Part shown: piece by piece, positions 45,501-53,998 of the stretch | How the letters are laid out: the number at the start of each line of letters is the position of its first letter | How positions within the stretch are numbered: the stretch's first letter is position 1 | DNA from: an uncultured Acidimicrobiales bacterium | GTDB lineage: Bacteria > Actinomycetota > Acidimicrobiia > Acidimicrobiales > CALAML01 | Assembly (NCBI GenBank): GCA_937925845.1 | Contig: CALAML010000150.1 | Location: 8,235-72,234 of the forward strand | Direction: 5' to 3' | DNA length: 64,000 bases | Program-made: the position numbers and the translations under genes | Notes under the pieces: generated by a model | The model's database searches: none | What the model was told of the DNA's origin: nothing | Seen by the model: only the letters and a program-made list of their open reading frames with translations

Positions 45501-46210
45501 GAGGTTTCGACCTCGAACAGATCACCCGGGACGAACTGGCCGCCATCAACGGCGCCGACGTCACCTGGGTGTGCAGCAGCGTCGAACGCGACCTGCTGGC
45601 CGAACGGGCTCCCGATGCCATCGTCGAAGTGGTGTCGAACATCCACGACGAAGAGATCACCGAGACCGAGGTCGAGGGCCGAAAGGACCTGTTGTTTGTC
45701 GGCGGTTTCGAACACCCGCCCAACCTCGATGGCATCCGCTGGTTTGTCGAAGAAGTGTTCCCGGCGATTCGCGCCGATGCCCCGGGCATCACCCTGCACA
45801 TTGTTGGCAGCAGCACCAACGACGAAGTGGTCCAACTCGAAGGCGACGGCATCGTCGTCCATGGCCACGTCGCCGACCTCCGCTCGCTCTACGAGCGCTG
45901 CCGGGTGGTGGTGGCACCGCTCCGCTACGGCGCGGGGGTAAAAGGCAAAGTGACCCAGGCCATGGCCCTCGGAGTGCCGGTGGTGGCCACCTCGATGGCG
46001 GCCGAAGGCCTCGATGCCCAGGATGAGGAACACCTTTTGATCGCTGATGACTCCAGCCTGTTCGCCATGCGGGTCCTGCGGCTCCTGACCGAAGACGATC
46101 TCTGGGTCTGGGTCAGAACCTGCGGCCGCAAGCTGGTCGCCGACCAGTTCAGCCCCGACGCAACCCACGGCGCATTGGACCCCGCGGTAGTGGTAGCCCA
46201 GCAACGGTGA
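42503..46210 (+). CDS. 1235-aa fusion: N-terminal sulfotransferase, ~260-aa coiled-coil/low-complexity spacer, GT2 domain, C-terminal GT4-like (GT-B) domain
   Basis: ST domain 'VYLVLGAHRSGTSAVAGAL' (5'-PSB loop). Spacer with recurring 'QSGWLKTLSGQV / HQKWLQQLAKDV / QQKWLKQISHDA' and Asn/Gly runs. GT2 'LSIVIAAYNQFDLTARAL...IILADDGSTD...LLLLNNDAF'. GT-B 'LLFVGGFEHPPNLDGIRWF...LRYGAGVKGKVTQAMALGVPVVAT'. GTG start at 42503 is tentative. Confidence 0.85.
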   Translation: MTAARDGSADVYLVLGAHRSGTSAVAGALAELGLDVGEPLLAANSANPTGYYELESLVDFHESALRTMNRSWDDPRPIRLRSLAPADRETAKRKAGTLLANTFGDDTTKALIKDPRQCRLLGLWDKALEAHDPHYILVHRPAAEVAGSMAKQWGTSPERAGLLWLVHVLDAEASTRGQTRALLSYDQLLRQPLDTLKHLGRSLGTTWPIPPAAAKDALTTFLQPKMRHHRSNKPDFGDLAPIIDQLEAALDRGSDDDTFHAVVDRCRAKTAVQLAKLDDAAFEHANSLARRNADEIIRMDGRLDEQSGWLKTLSGQVEDIEGKLAGQGNASNGNGNAGGGGNSSSSDEPSEIAKLAFKVDDAASKTAKFEMRLRELATRKEVRQLAGKVDKLTKAAADTPEPAQVQPGKNNGAGQNKGAGNGASGPNKAAPMNLVRKVQQQLNILGDRVESLEAAGRVRANRSAAAGSTADLQRELDEAHRLLGEHQKWLQQLAKDVRELRAADVEQQKWLKQISHDAGENSGHIVRIQREITPTAPAPLVRRVAARTSRVPRAQVKRWRVNRMRDLAPANPTIGQETMGRLLAGTQPKEPTTPLRDLSFGRSDEPTLSIVIAAYNQFDLTARALASIFENPASAEVEIILADDGSTDPNMARFNDVPGLTVVRSEENRGFLKTVNAAAAEARGDYLLLLNNDAFVTPGCLDAMLMTFVDQRNVGVVGAKLLNPSGSVQEAGGIVWADGSAWNYGRGLHPEEPVLNYSRTVDYVSGAALMIVREIWDSLSGFDPAYAPAYYEDTDLCMRVNQLDLRVVYQSAAAVVHNEGSSYGTDETFDGKRYQTVNQATFIERWGKELSNRRSNGEAPELEKERSVNHRTLVIDARMLYPDRDSGSLRMQRLLREIGRCGSKPTFLPLNLKIEEPYATDLGALGVEVWGDPFVKSVEEYLVERGHLYDRIVLSRVEVADACLEKVRQHCPNATVVFDTVDLHFLRLERELNVRGSLAGGFDLEQITRDELAAINGADVTWVCSSVERDLLAERAPDAIVEVVSNIHDEEITETEVEGRKDLLFVGGFEHPPNLDGIRWFVEEVFPAIRADAPGITLHIVGSSTNDEVVQLEGDGIVVHGHVADLRSLYERCRVVVAPLRYGAGVKGKVTQAMALGVPVVATSMAAEGLDAQDEEHLLIADDSSLFAMRVLRLLTEDDLWVWVRTCGRKLVADQFSPDATHGALDPAVVVAQQR

Positions 46211-47001
46211 AGCACAACGTCGTCGACCGGCCCATCTTTGTTGTGGGCTGCCCGCGCTCGGGTACGTCGATGATGCAGTGGGCGCTGCGCACCCACCCCA
46301 ACCTCTGGGGCAGCGCCGAAAGCGACTTCCTGTTACCTCTGCTCGACGGTGCCAACTCGGCCTACAAGGTAGGAACCGCGAGGGGCAAGCTGCACTGGTT
46401 GCCCCGACAGTGGGTGAGCCGTGAGGAGTTCCTGGGTTGGATCGGCGTGGGAATCAACGCCATGTACACCAACCGCTCGAACGGCCAGACCTGGGTGGAG
46501 CAGACGCCGCAGTACACCCTCCACCTCGCCGACCTGGCCATGATGTTCCCCGGCACCCGCTTCGTCGGCATGATTCGCGACGGCCGCGATGTGGTGGCAT
46601 CACTGCGCAACTTCGTAGCCCCGATGAGCCACGGTCAGGCGTGTCGGACCTGGGTGGCCCACACCGAAGCGCTGCTGGCGCACCACGCCGACCATCCGGG
46701 CACTGTCTTGTTGGCCCGCTACGAAGAAGTGGTAGCCAATACCGAAACGATACTTGGCGACCTCTTCCGTGATCTTGACGAAACGCCATCGGATGAAGCG
46801 GTGCACTTTGTCCGCAACGAGCCGCCCATCAACTCCTCATTCGACACCCCGGTTGGAGACCAACCGCGGTGGTCAGACTGGACCGCCGCCGAGCGGGCCG
46901 CCTTCGTCGAGATTGCTGGCGAGCTCCTGGTGAAGCTGCGTTACGAATCCGACCAGACCTGGGTCGACCTCGCTTTGCCCGCAACCGCTGAGTCACACTG
47001 A
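46207..47001 (+). CDS. sulfotransferase (P-loop type)
   Basis: 'IFVVGCPRSGTSMMQWAL' (5'-PSB) and 'MIRDGRDVVASL' (3'-PB). GTGA overlap with the upstream gene. Confidence 0.85.
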   Translation: MKHNVVDRPIFVVGCPRSGTSMMQWALRTHPNLWGSAESDFLLPLLDGANSAYKVGTARGKLHWLPRQWVSREEFLGWIGVGINAMYTNRSNGQTWVEQTPQYTLHLADLAMMFPGTRFVGMIRDGRDVVASLRNFVAPMSHGQACRTWVAHTEALLAHHADHPGTVLLARYEEVVANTETILGDLFRDLDETPSDEAVHFVRNEPPINSSFDTPVGDQPRWSDWTAAERAAFVEIAGELLVKLRYESDQTWVDLALPATAESH

Positions 47002-47111
47002 GCGGTCTGAAGCCAACCCTCGGCGACAGCGTTACGACAAGACGCTTGCCTTCATCGGCCATCGTTCGTACCGTCGGAGTAGTCCCACTCTCTCCAGTCC
47101 ATCTCGGGGCC

Positions 47112-47507
47112 ATGAAAATCTCTCCCTCTCCACCGATACCCTGCCGGGTCGGTTTCCAGCTACCAGACTGGTTTTCCGACCTCGTCTCCCTGCTGGTAGA
47201 CGAACGCGGCCTGGACCCACTCACCCTTGCCACCAGCCGGGTAGCCGCCGGCGGCTTCCTCGCGGTTTCGGTGCTCGCGCCCCAGAGCGTCTTCTTCGCC
47301 TTTGTCCCCAAACACCAGGACGAAGTAGAGATCCGTGAAGTCCGCTGGTCGAATGCCGTTTCGTTCCACCCGCCGTCGGCCGCGGTGGCCTTTGGCCGAA
47401 CCTGGTTTCAATTTATTGACCTCGACCGTGGCGAACTGCAGAGCTTTTGTTCGTCGGTCAAGCAGTACCCGGAGCAGTCCGACCGAACCACCCGCCGCGC
47501 CAAGTAG
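47112..47507 (+). CDS. hypothetical protein
   Basis: ORF 47046..47507, internal ATG 47112. Third-position GC is moderate, no motif or clear RBS. It is kept only because it fills the operon gap. Confidence 0.4.
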   Translation: MKISPSPPIPCRVGFQLPDWFSDLVSLLVDERGLDPLTLATSRVAAGGFLAVSVLAPQSVFFAFVPKHQDEVEIREVRWSNAVSFHPPSAAVAFGRTWFQFIDLDRGELQSFCSSVKQYPEQSDRTTRRAK

Positions 47508-47559
47508 CAGTCTCCGAGACAGATCAGGCTTTGGTCGATCCTCCGGCCTCCACTAATCT

Positions 47560-48627
47560 GTGAAGATGGGCGGCGGCGAGATTGAAGAGGGCGAAGACGC
47601 GCAACCCTTTGAGGGCTCCCAGCAGTCCAGGCTGCCCTTTGCCATCGGTGGCCTGGTGGGCCACCTGAGTCGGGGCGAGGGGCATCGAGATCCGGCGCCG
47701 GACGCCGGATCGATCGACACGCTGGTGGAAAAAGAGGACATCCCCGACGACCAGCTGACCGAGCTGAACTTTCGTCCGGTTTCCGAACTCAACACCAGCC
47801 TCTCGATGTTTGTCTGGCGAGCCACCGCGGTGCTGCGGTATCAGCCGTCGCTGGTGCGCCAGATGTTCAAGCGGGACTTCACCGCGGTCTACCGCAGTTC
47901 CAAACTCGGACTCTTCTGGCTGGTGCTCACGCCGCTGGCCACCATGTCCTCGTGGCTGCTGCTTCGCTACAGCGGCGTGGTGCTCGACTCGACCACGGCC
48001 GGAGCTGGAGGAGGCTCCACCGCCGACTTCATCCTGTTGCTGTTGGTGAACATCACCCTGTGGAGCGGTTTCCGCACCGTGATCGGCACGTTGCGCAACT
48101 CAATGCGTCGATCCTCACTGCTGCTTCAGGTTCGCTTCCCTCACGAGGCGGTGCTGTTGCAGAACCTCCTGACCTCCGCAGTGCAGATGGTCATCCCGGT
48201 GATCCTGCTGCTGATCTTCGTGGTGTTGTCGGGCAACGCCGGAGGGCTTGTGGGAGCGCTCCTGTTCCCCCTTGCCGTGATCCCGCTGTACATTGCGGCC
48301 ACCGCCGTGGGCCTCGTGGCCGCCCCGCTGTCGGTGGTGTTCCCCGATGTGACACGGGCCATCGACGTGGTGCTGGGCTTTATGTTTGTGGCCACCCCGA
48401 TCATCTACCAGCGCGAGATCATCGCCGACAAAGAGTTCGTGAACACCGCAGTCGGGTGGAACCCACTCACCCACCTGCTCGGCTGGCCCCGTGACCTCCT
48501 CCTTGGCGAAACCACCACATCGTTGTTGCCGCTACTCGGCAGCATCGGCGGATCCGTCGTGCTGCTGCTCTTTGCCATCCGGCTCTTTTCCGTCGGCTCC
48601 CGGCTCGTGGCTGAGCGGCTGGTCTGA
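47560..48627 (+). CDS. ABC-2-type polysaccharide export permease (Wzm/TagG/KpsM-like)
   Basis: 'FKRDFTAVYRSSKLGLFWLVLTPL' is the ABC-2 N-terminal signature, followed by about 6 hydrophobic helices. The start is uncertain: 47560 (GTG) gives an 82-aa acidic extension, while ATG 47806 gives a typical 273-aa permease. Confidence 0.8.
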   Translation: MKMGGGEIEEGEDAQPFEGSQQSRLPFAIGGLVGHLSRGEGHRDPAPDAGSIDTLVEKEDIPDDQLTELNFRPVSELNTSLSMFVWRATAVLRYQPSLVRQMFKRDFTAVYRSSKLGLFWLVLTPLATMSSWLLLRYSGVVLDSTTAGAGGGSTADFILLLLVNITLWSGFRTVIGTLRNSMRRSSLLLQVRFPHEAVLLQNLLTSAVQMVIPVILLLIFVVLSGNAGGLVGALLFPLAVIPLYIAATAVGLVAAPLSVVFPDVTRAIDVVLGFMFVATPIIYQREIIADKEFVNTAVGWNPLTHLLGWPRDLLLGETTTSLLPLLGSIGGSVVLLLFAIRLFSVGSRLVAERLV

Positions 48628-49841
48628 TGAGCGATCCGGCCATGCCCCTCGACGACACCTCCATTGATGACACCGCCGGTGCGGCGCCCATCGGGCGCAT
48701 GTCGAAATACCGGTCCGACCGCAGCGCACTGGTCGTCGCCCGCCGAGCCCGGGTCGAGGCTCTCGCGGCATCGCGCCAAGCCAAAGCGGAGCACGCCGAA
48801 CTCAAAGCCAGCAAAGCCAGCGCCAAGGCCATTCGCGAGTCACGAAGCCGGCTCGATGCCCGGGTCGCGGAGTACTACCAGGCCCAATCCGAACTGAACC
48901 GGCTTCGGGCCGACACCCAGGAGGGCGAACGAAACCTGGTTGAACTCCAGGAACAACTCGACGATGACGAGTTCACCGAACGCGACCTGGTGGTGGCGCC
49001 GGGCCCGGCGGAAGCCCGGCTCGCCACTATCGACCTCCGCGACGAAGCCGCTCCCACCCCGGCCGCCGAGACGACGACGCCCCTCCTCGAGGCCACCGAC
49101 GTCTCAAAGAAGTTCGCCACCAACCTCGACCAAAGCCTCCGCTATGGGCTGGCCGATCTCGGCCGTCTCGCCATCGGCCGTAAGCCAAAATTCCACGCGC
49201 TTCGCGACGAGGAGTTCTGGGCGGTACGAGACATCAACCTCAAGCTCAACCGGGGCGACAGCCTCGGGATCCTGGGCTCCAACGGTTCCGGCAAGTCAAC
49301 CCTGGTCAAGATTCTGGCCGGCATCCTCGCACCCGATGAAGGCGAGGTAACGGTTCGCGGCCGGCTCACCTCGGTGGTGAGCGTTGGCGCCGGATTTCAT
49401 CCCCACCTCAGCGGGTTGGAGAACATCCGAGTCAACGCCGCGGTGCTCGGTATCGAACCCGACGAGCTCGATCAACTCGAACCCGAGATCATCGCCTTCT
49501 CCGGCCTCGGTGAGCGGCTCTACAAGCCGGTCGGGATGTACTCATCGGGCATGCGTATGCGGCTCGGCTTTGCCGTGGCTACCGCGGTCGATCCCGACGT
49601 CATGATCTTCGATGAGGTGCTGGCCGTCGGAGACCAGCGGTTCAGGAACCGCTGCATCGAACGGATGGCGGAACTGCGCGAAGGGGCAGCGACCGTAATG
49701 GTCTCGCAGTCGCCGGTGATGCTCGGCAACTACTGCTCGCAGGCCATCTGGCTCGATGGTGGTGAAGTTCGCGGGTTCGGCTCGATCGACGACGTCGGCG
49801 ATGCCTACCTCGAAGCCTCAGAGCTCGGCACGGTCCACTAG
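48627..49841 (+). CDS. ABC exporter ATP-binding protein (Wzt/TagH/KpsT-like) with ~155-aa N-terminal coiled-coil extension
   Basis: Walker A 'GSNGSGKST', signature 'YSSGMRMRLGFA' and Walker B 'VMIFDEVLAVGD'. ATGA overlap with the permease gene. Confidence 0.9.
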   Translation: MSDPAMPLDDTSIDDTAGAAPIGRMSKYRSDRSALVVARRARVEALAASRQAKAEHAELKASKASAKAIRESRSRLDARVAEYYQAQSELNRLRADTQEGERNLVELQEQLDDDEFTERDLVVAPGPAEARLATIDLRDEAAPTPAAETTTPLLEATDVSKKFATNLDQSLRYGLADLGRLAIGRKPKFHALRDEEFWAVRDINLKLNRGDSLGILGSNGSGKSTLVKILAGILAPDEGEVTVRGRLTSVVSVGAGFHPHLSGLENIRVNAAVLGIEPDELDQLEPEIIAFSGLGERLYKPVGMYSSGMRMRLGFAVATAVDPDVMIFDEVLAVGDQRFRNRCIERMAELREGAATVMVSQSPVMLGNYCSQAIWLDGGEVRGFGSIDDVGDAYLEASELGTVH

Positions 49842-49851
49842 AAGAAGGCCG

Positions 49852-50877
49852 CTAGTTCTCTGGACGGGGAAGCGGATTTACCTCGCCGGACTCGGAGTAG
49901 CCAAAGGCCTCCAAGCGGGACTTCGCCAACTTCCACGCCGCCCGCTTCTGCCGCGACGAGAGGCTGGTCTGCCACTCACCCACCGCCCCTTTGCGGACCA
50001 CACCCACCCCTTCAGAACCGCGGGGACGGCCGGTGACCCGTTCGAAATCGGTGAGGGCCTCGATGTCGTCGAGCACCGACTGGTCGTCCCGCACGCCAAG
50101 CCAGCTCAACAGGGCCCCCAGAGTGGCGCTGAAGTCATTGGTCAGATCCTCGTAGCGGAGCAGATACAGGTTCGAGTCACGGTGATGGCGGTCGACGATC
50201 TTGGCGACCGATACCCAGTCGCGAAGCAGCTCCTGAAACGGCTTGTGGCCACCGAACCAGGGCATATCCTCCATCAGCTTCTTGTATTGCTGGGCGCTGA
50301 TCGACGCATCGCGACCATCCCTGGTGATCACCACCACGCGGGCGTCAGGGCGCCACTGATGGATCACATCAACAAAGCCAGCCTGGTTCGCCGACTTCAG
50401 TACCACCGCCTGGGTTCCGGGCGACCGGGTGCGAATCAGCGCCAGGAAGTCATCCATCAAGGCATAGGGCGAGCTGGCCGCTTGGCAGCGTCGATAGAAG
50501 CGCCGAACCTCGGCGGGCGGCAGATCGGCGATGCTCAATGGCCGCCGCAGGTCGACCTCAGCACTGTCATCCTCACGGGCGAGGGTGCGCTCCAGCGCAT
50601 TGCCATGGGACCACGCACTCGACTGGAACAGCAGTCGGTTCCGGACCTCTATCTCGGTGAGCGACACCGACTCCCCGCCGCGGTCACAGCAGGCCTGAAG
50701 CAGGCCCAGCTCGCGCACGCCGAGCAGTTCGGGGTGGGCCGAGAGCGCGGCGAGCAGCCACGAGGTCCCACACTTGTACTGACCCACAATGCAGATGGGA
50801 AGTGGGTTGTCGGTGGAGGCTTCCAAGTGAACAGTCGCAGCTAGTGGGGGGACGAACGGTGAACCGCGGCGGCTCAC
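49852..50877 (-). CDS. sulfotransferase (P-loop type)
   Basis: 'ICIVGQYKCGTSWLLAAL' (5'-PSB) and 'VITRDGRDASISA' (3'-PB). Confidence 0.85.
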   Translation of the reverse strand: MSRRGSPFVPPLAATVHLEASTDNPLPICIVGQYKCGTSWLLAALSAHPELLGVRELGLLQACCDRGGESVSLTEIEVRNRLLFQSSAWSHGNALERTLAREDDSAEVDLRRPLSIADLPPAEVRRFYRRCQAASSPYALMDDFLALIRTRSPGTQAVVLKSANQAGFVDVIHQWRPDARVVVITRDGRDASISAQQYKKLMEDMPWFGGHKPFQELLRDWVSVAKIVDRHHRDSNLYLLRYEDLTNDFSATLGALLSWLGVRDDQSVLDDIEALTDFERVTGRPRGSEGVGVVRKGAVGEWQTSLSSRQKRAAWKLAKSRLEAFGYSESGEVNPLPRPEN

Positions 50878-50889
50878 GTCCGGCCGAGG

Positions 50890-52299
50890 CTACCTGGTCT
50901 GGTTTGTGAAGCGCCGCAACTTGCGGTCGAGGGTGCGGGCGGTACGGGTAAACCTCGGCCGGCCGATCAGGTTGTTGCACTCCGATGGGTCGGCGGTGAG
51001 GTCATAGAGTTCCCGCCCACCACCGGCATAGAGGGTGTAGCGCCAGTTGCGCCACCGGATCGAGTGGTTGCCCTCCCAGTGCATGATCGCCGGGCGGGCG
51101 TCGGCCTCCTGGCGGGTGATGCCGACCAGACTCTCACCCTCAAACCCAGCGAAGGTGTTGCTTCCGGCGACATCAAGAATGGTGGGGGCCACGTCGACCA
51201 GGCTCACCGGCTTGGCGAACCGGCCACCGGCCTTCAGCCCCGGCGCTCGAACCAGCAACGGCACCCGAGTGGCCTGGTTCCACAGAGTCGACTTCCGCCA
51301 GTGGAGCTTCTCACCGAGGTGGTAGCCGTGATCGGAGACCAACACGACCGAAGTGTTGTCGTTGTGGGGCGAGGACGCCAGGCTGTCCATGATCTGGCCG
51401 ACCATGGCATCGGTATGGGTGATAGCGGCCAGGTAGGCCTGGACCAGTCGGCGTTGGGCCCGCTGCCGCGTGACCTGTTCGTGCTGGGTTCGGCCGCCGA
51501 AGAGAATCGGCCGTTGGGCCAGTACCCGACCCATACGGGGGACATCGGCCAGGTCGTTCGGGCAGTTGGGCTGAGGGAGCTCAACGCTGCTGATCGGATG
51601 CTGATCGAAAGCCCACTGAGGCACCCGCCACGGCACATGGGGCTGATAGAGGCCCACGGCCATAAAGAACGGGAGGCGAGGGTTGGCGATATGGCGGGAA
51701 AACCAGTTGGCGGTCCGCTGATCCTCATGGACCTCCGAAGGCGGCATGACGCCGACCTCGAAGAACGTCTTTTGGAAGCTCGGATTACTTCGGTTGGCGA
51801 TCTCAGGAAGTTCCCGGTAGTTGCCGGCCACCGTCCAGCGATCGGGGAGGGCGTCATGAAACACCTTGCCCCGGTTGTAGGTGACCCAACCGCGCGATCC
51901 CAACACCTCGGGAATAGTGAGGCGGCCGGAGTTCTGGAGACTGCGGTAGCTCTGGAAGCTCCCGACACCAGTCGACTCAACCCCTGTGGTTTGCGGCGAG
52001 ACGCCCCACATCATCGATGCCCTCGATCCAATGCATGTCGGCACGCTGCAGTAGGCGTTGTCGAACGAGAACGACTCGGCCCGCAGCGCGTCGATGTTTG
52101 GGGTCTTTACGCCCGGATGGCTGTCGAGGTAGCCCACCCAGTCGCGGAGATCGTCGATATAGAGCATCAGCACATTGCGCCGACCCCCACGTCGACCCTG
52201 AGCGCTGGCCTGGCCCGCTTGGCCCAGCGTGACCCCACCCAGGGATCCCGCGGCGGTCGCCGCTGCGGCTCCCCCAATGAACGTCCGCCTGTTAAGCAT
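50890..52299 (-). CDS. Tat-exported sulfatase (iduronate-2-sulfatase-like) with a C-x-G-S-R active-site motif
   Basis: Twin-arginine signal 'MLNRRTFIGGAAAATAAG...ASAQ'. 'NVLMLYIDDLRDW' (metal-binding DD) and 'KTPNIDAL'. Active-site segment 'CIGSRASMMWG' sits where sulfatases have CxPSRxxxxTG. GAAGGTGGAAG RBS. Confidence 0.85.
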   Translation of the reverse strand: MLNRRTFIGGAAAATAAGSLGGVTLGQAGQASAQGRRGGRRNVLMLYIDDLRDWVGYLDSHPGVKTPNIDALRAESFSFDNAYCSVPTCIGSRASMMWGVSPQTTGVESTGVGSFQSYRSLQNSGRLTIPEVLGSRGWVTYNRGKVFHDALPDRWTVAGNYRELPEIANRSNPSFQKTFFEVGVMPPSEVHEDQRTANWFSRHIANPRLPFFMAVGLYQPHVPWRVPQWAFDQHPISSVELPQPNCPNDLADVPRMGRVLAQRPILFGGRTQHEQVTRQRAQRRLVQAYLAAITHTDAMVGQIMDSLASSPHNDNTSVVLVSDHGYHLGEKLHWRKSTLWNQATRVPLLVRAPGLKAGGRFAKPVSLVDVAPTILDVAGSNTFAGFEGESLVGITRQEADARPAIMHWEGNHSIRWRNWRYTLYAGGGRELYDLTADPSECNNLIGRPRFTRTARTLDRKLRRFTNQTR

Positions 52300-52401
52300 C
52301 CACTTCCACCTTCGTCAGCTAATTTGATGTATTCCTGCTGTTCTTTGGGCCAACGTAGTGTAGTCAGCCCCGCAAGCGCATGCGAGATGATGACGTTGCC
52401 G

Positions 52402-53844
52402 TCAGGCTTGCGACAACAAATTCTGCAAGGTGTTCAGGGTTGAGGCGTAGGCCGGATCACCACTCAAGTTGGTGCACTCCGACGGATCGGCCGACAGGTC
52501 GTAGAGTTCTTCGCCCCCCGCCACGTAGGTGGTATAGCGCCACCGGCGCCAGCGAATCGAGCGGTTGCCCTGCCACTGCATCACCGCGGGACGAGCATCG
52601 GCCTGGGCCGTGGTCAGGCCCAGCAGCGTTTGGCCTTCAAAGCCGGGGTGCGGCGATGCGCCGGCGGCATCAAGCACCGTTGGGGCGACATCGATCAGGC
52701 TGACCGGACGACCGGACACCCCGCCCGGAGCCAGGCCCGGACTGCGAACCAACAGCGGGGTGCGGGTGGCCTGCTCCCAGAGCGTCGACTTGCGCCAGTG
52801 CAGCTTCTCACCGAGGTGATAGCCGTGGTCGGAAACCAGCAGCACCGAGGTGTCGTCGCCGTGGGGCGAGTCGGCGAGAGCGTTGAGGAGCTGACCAATC
52901 ATGGCATCGGTGTGGGTGATCGACGCCAGATATGCCTGAACCAGGGCCCGACGCTGACCACTGGCTTCGATCAGATCCTCGTTGGTGGTGCCAAAGAGCC
53001 GGGGTCGGGCGGCCAACTCCACCGCCGTCGGCGGCACATCGGCGAGATCATCGACACAGTTCGGTTGTGGCACCACCACGCCACCGATCGGGTGCTGATC
53101 GTATGCCCACTGCGGCACCCGCCAAGGCACGTGCGGCTGATAGAGCCCGACGGCCATAAAGAACGGCAGCTCCGGCGACTGCAACTGCTGGATGAACCAG
53201 TTCACCGTGGCCTGATCGGTGTGCACCTCGCCGCTCGGCAGCACCCCGTAGTCGAACAGGGTTTGCCAGAAGGTGGGGTTGGAGGTGTCGAGCAACTCCT
53301 GAATTTCGGGGTACGGCGCAGCCACATCCCACCGGTCGGGCAGAGCGTTGTGGAACACCTTGCCGCGGTTGTAGGTGGTCCAGCCCCGATTGGATAACAC
53401 CTCCGGGATGGTGCGGGCCGCCGATGCCACCAGCGGACCGTAGGCCCGGTCGCCTTCGGCAATGGTGGTGTCGACACCGGTAGTGGAGGGGCGAAGGCCC
53501 CACATGGTCGAAGCTCGGGAGCCCAGACAGCTCGGGACGGCACAGAACGCTCGATTAAAGGCAAACGATTCGGCCCGCAGCGCGTCAATATTTGGCGTCT
53601 TTACCCCCGGGTGGCTGCCCATATAGCCGACCCAGTCCCGCAGGTCATCGACGTAGATCATCATGACGTTGCGAGCTGAGGATGGCGTGCAGGCGCTGAG
53701 CACCGGGCCCAAGCCCAACGCCGCAGTGGCTGCGACCGTTCCCCCGAGGAACCGCCGCCGGCTGAGTGCCGGACCAGTTGCGGTGGGTGCGGTCGACCCG
53801 GCCGACGCAAGTATCGATGCCTGGCTGCCTGTTTCGTCCGCCAT
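52402..53844 (-). CDS. Tat-exported sulfatase paralog with a C-x-G-S-R active-site motif
   Basis: 'LSRRRFLGGTVAATAALGL', 'NVMMIYVDDLRDW' and 'CLGSRASTMWG'. About 60% identical to 50890..52299 by eye. Confidence 0.85.
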   Translation of the reverse strand: MADETGSQASILASAGSTAPTATGPALSRRRFLGGTVAATAALGLGPVLSACTPSSARNVMMIYVDDLRDWVGYMGSHPGVKTPNIDALRAESFAFNRAFCAVPSCLGSRASTMWGLRPSTTGVDTTIAEGDRAYGPLVASAARTIPEVLSNRGWTTYNRGKVFHNALPDRWDVAAPYPEIQELLDTSNPTFWQTLFDYGVLPSGEVHTDQATVNWFIQQLQSPELPFFMAVGLYQPHVPWRVPQWAYDQHPIGGVVVPQPNCVDDLADVPPTAVELAARPRLFGTTNEDLIEASGQRRALVQAYLASITHTDAMIGQLLNALADSPHGDDTSVLLVSDHGYHLGEKLHWRKSTLWEQATRTPLLVRSPGLAPGGVSGRPVSLIDVAPTVLDAAGASPHPGFEGQTLLGLTTAQADARPAVMQWQGNRSIRWRRWRYTTYVAGGEELYDLSADPSECTNLSGDPAYASTLNTLQNLLSQA

Positions 53845-53998
53845 GTCCGAATTCCCGCCCTTTCTTCCCGCTCGCGATACTACAACCCGAACCGGCGCAG
53901 ATCAGTGCGGTTATGAATCTTCACGTCATATACACTCATTTCAATCCATGGTGAACGCAGATGCTGCCGGCGGCGTGCCGGTGATCAAACGGGGCTAA

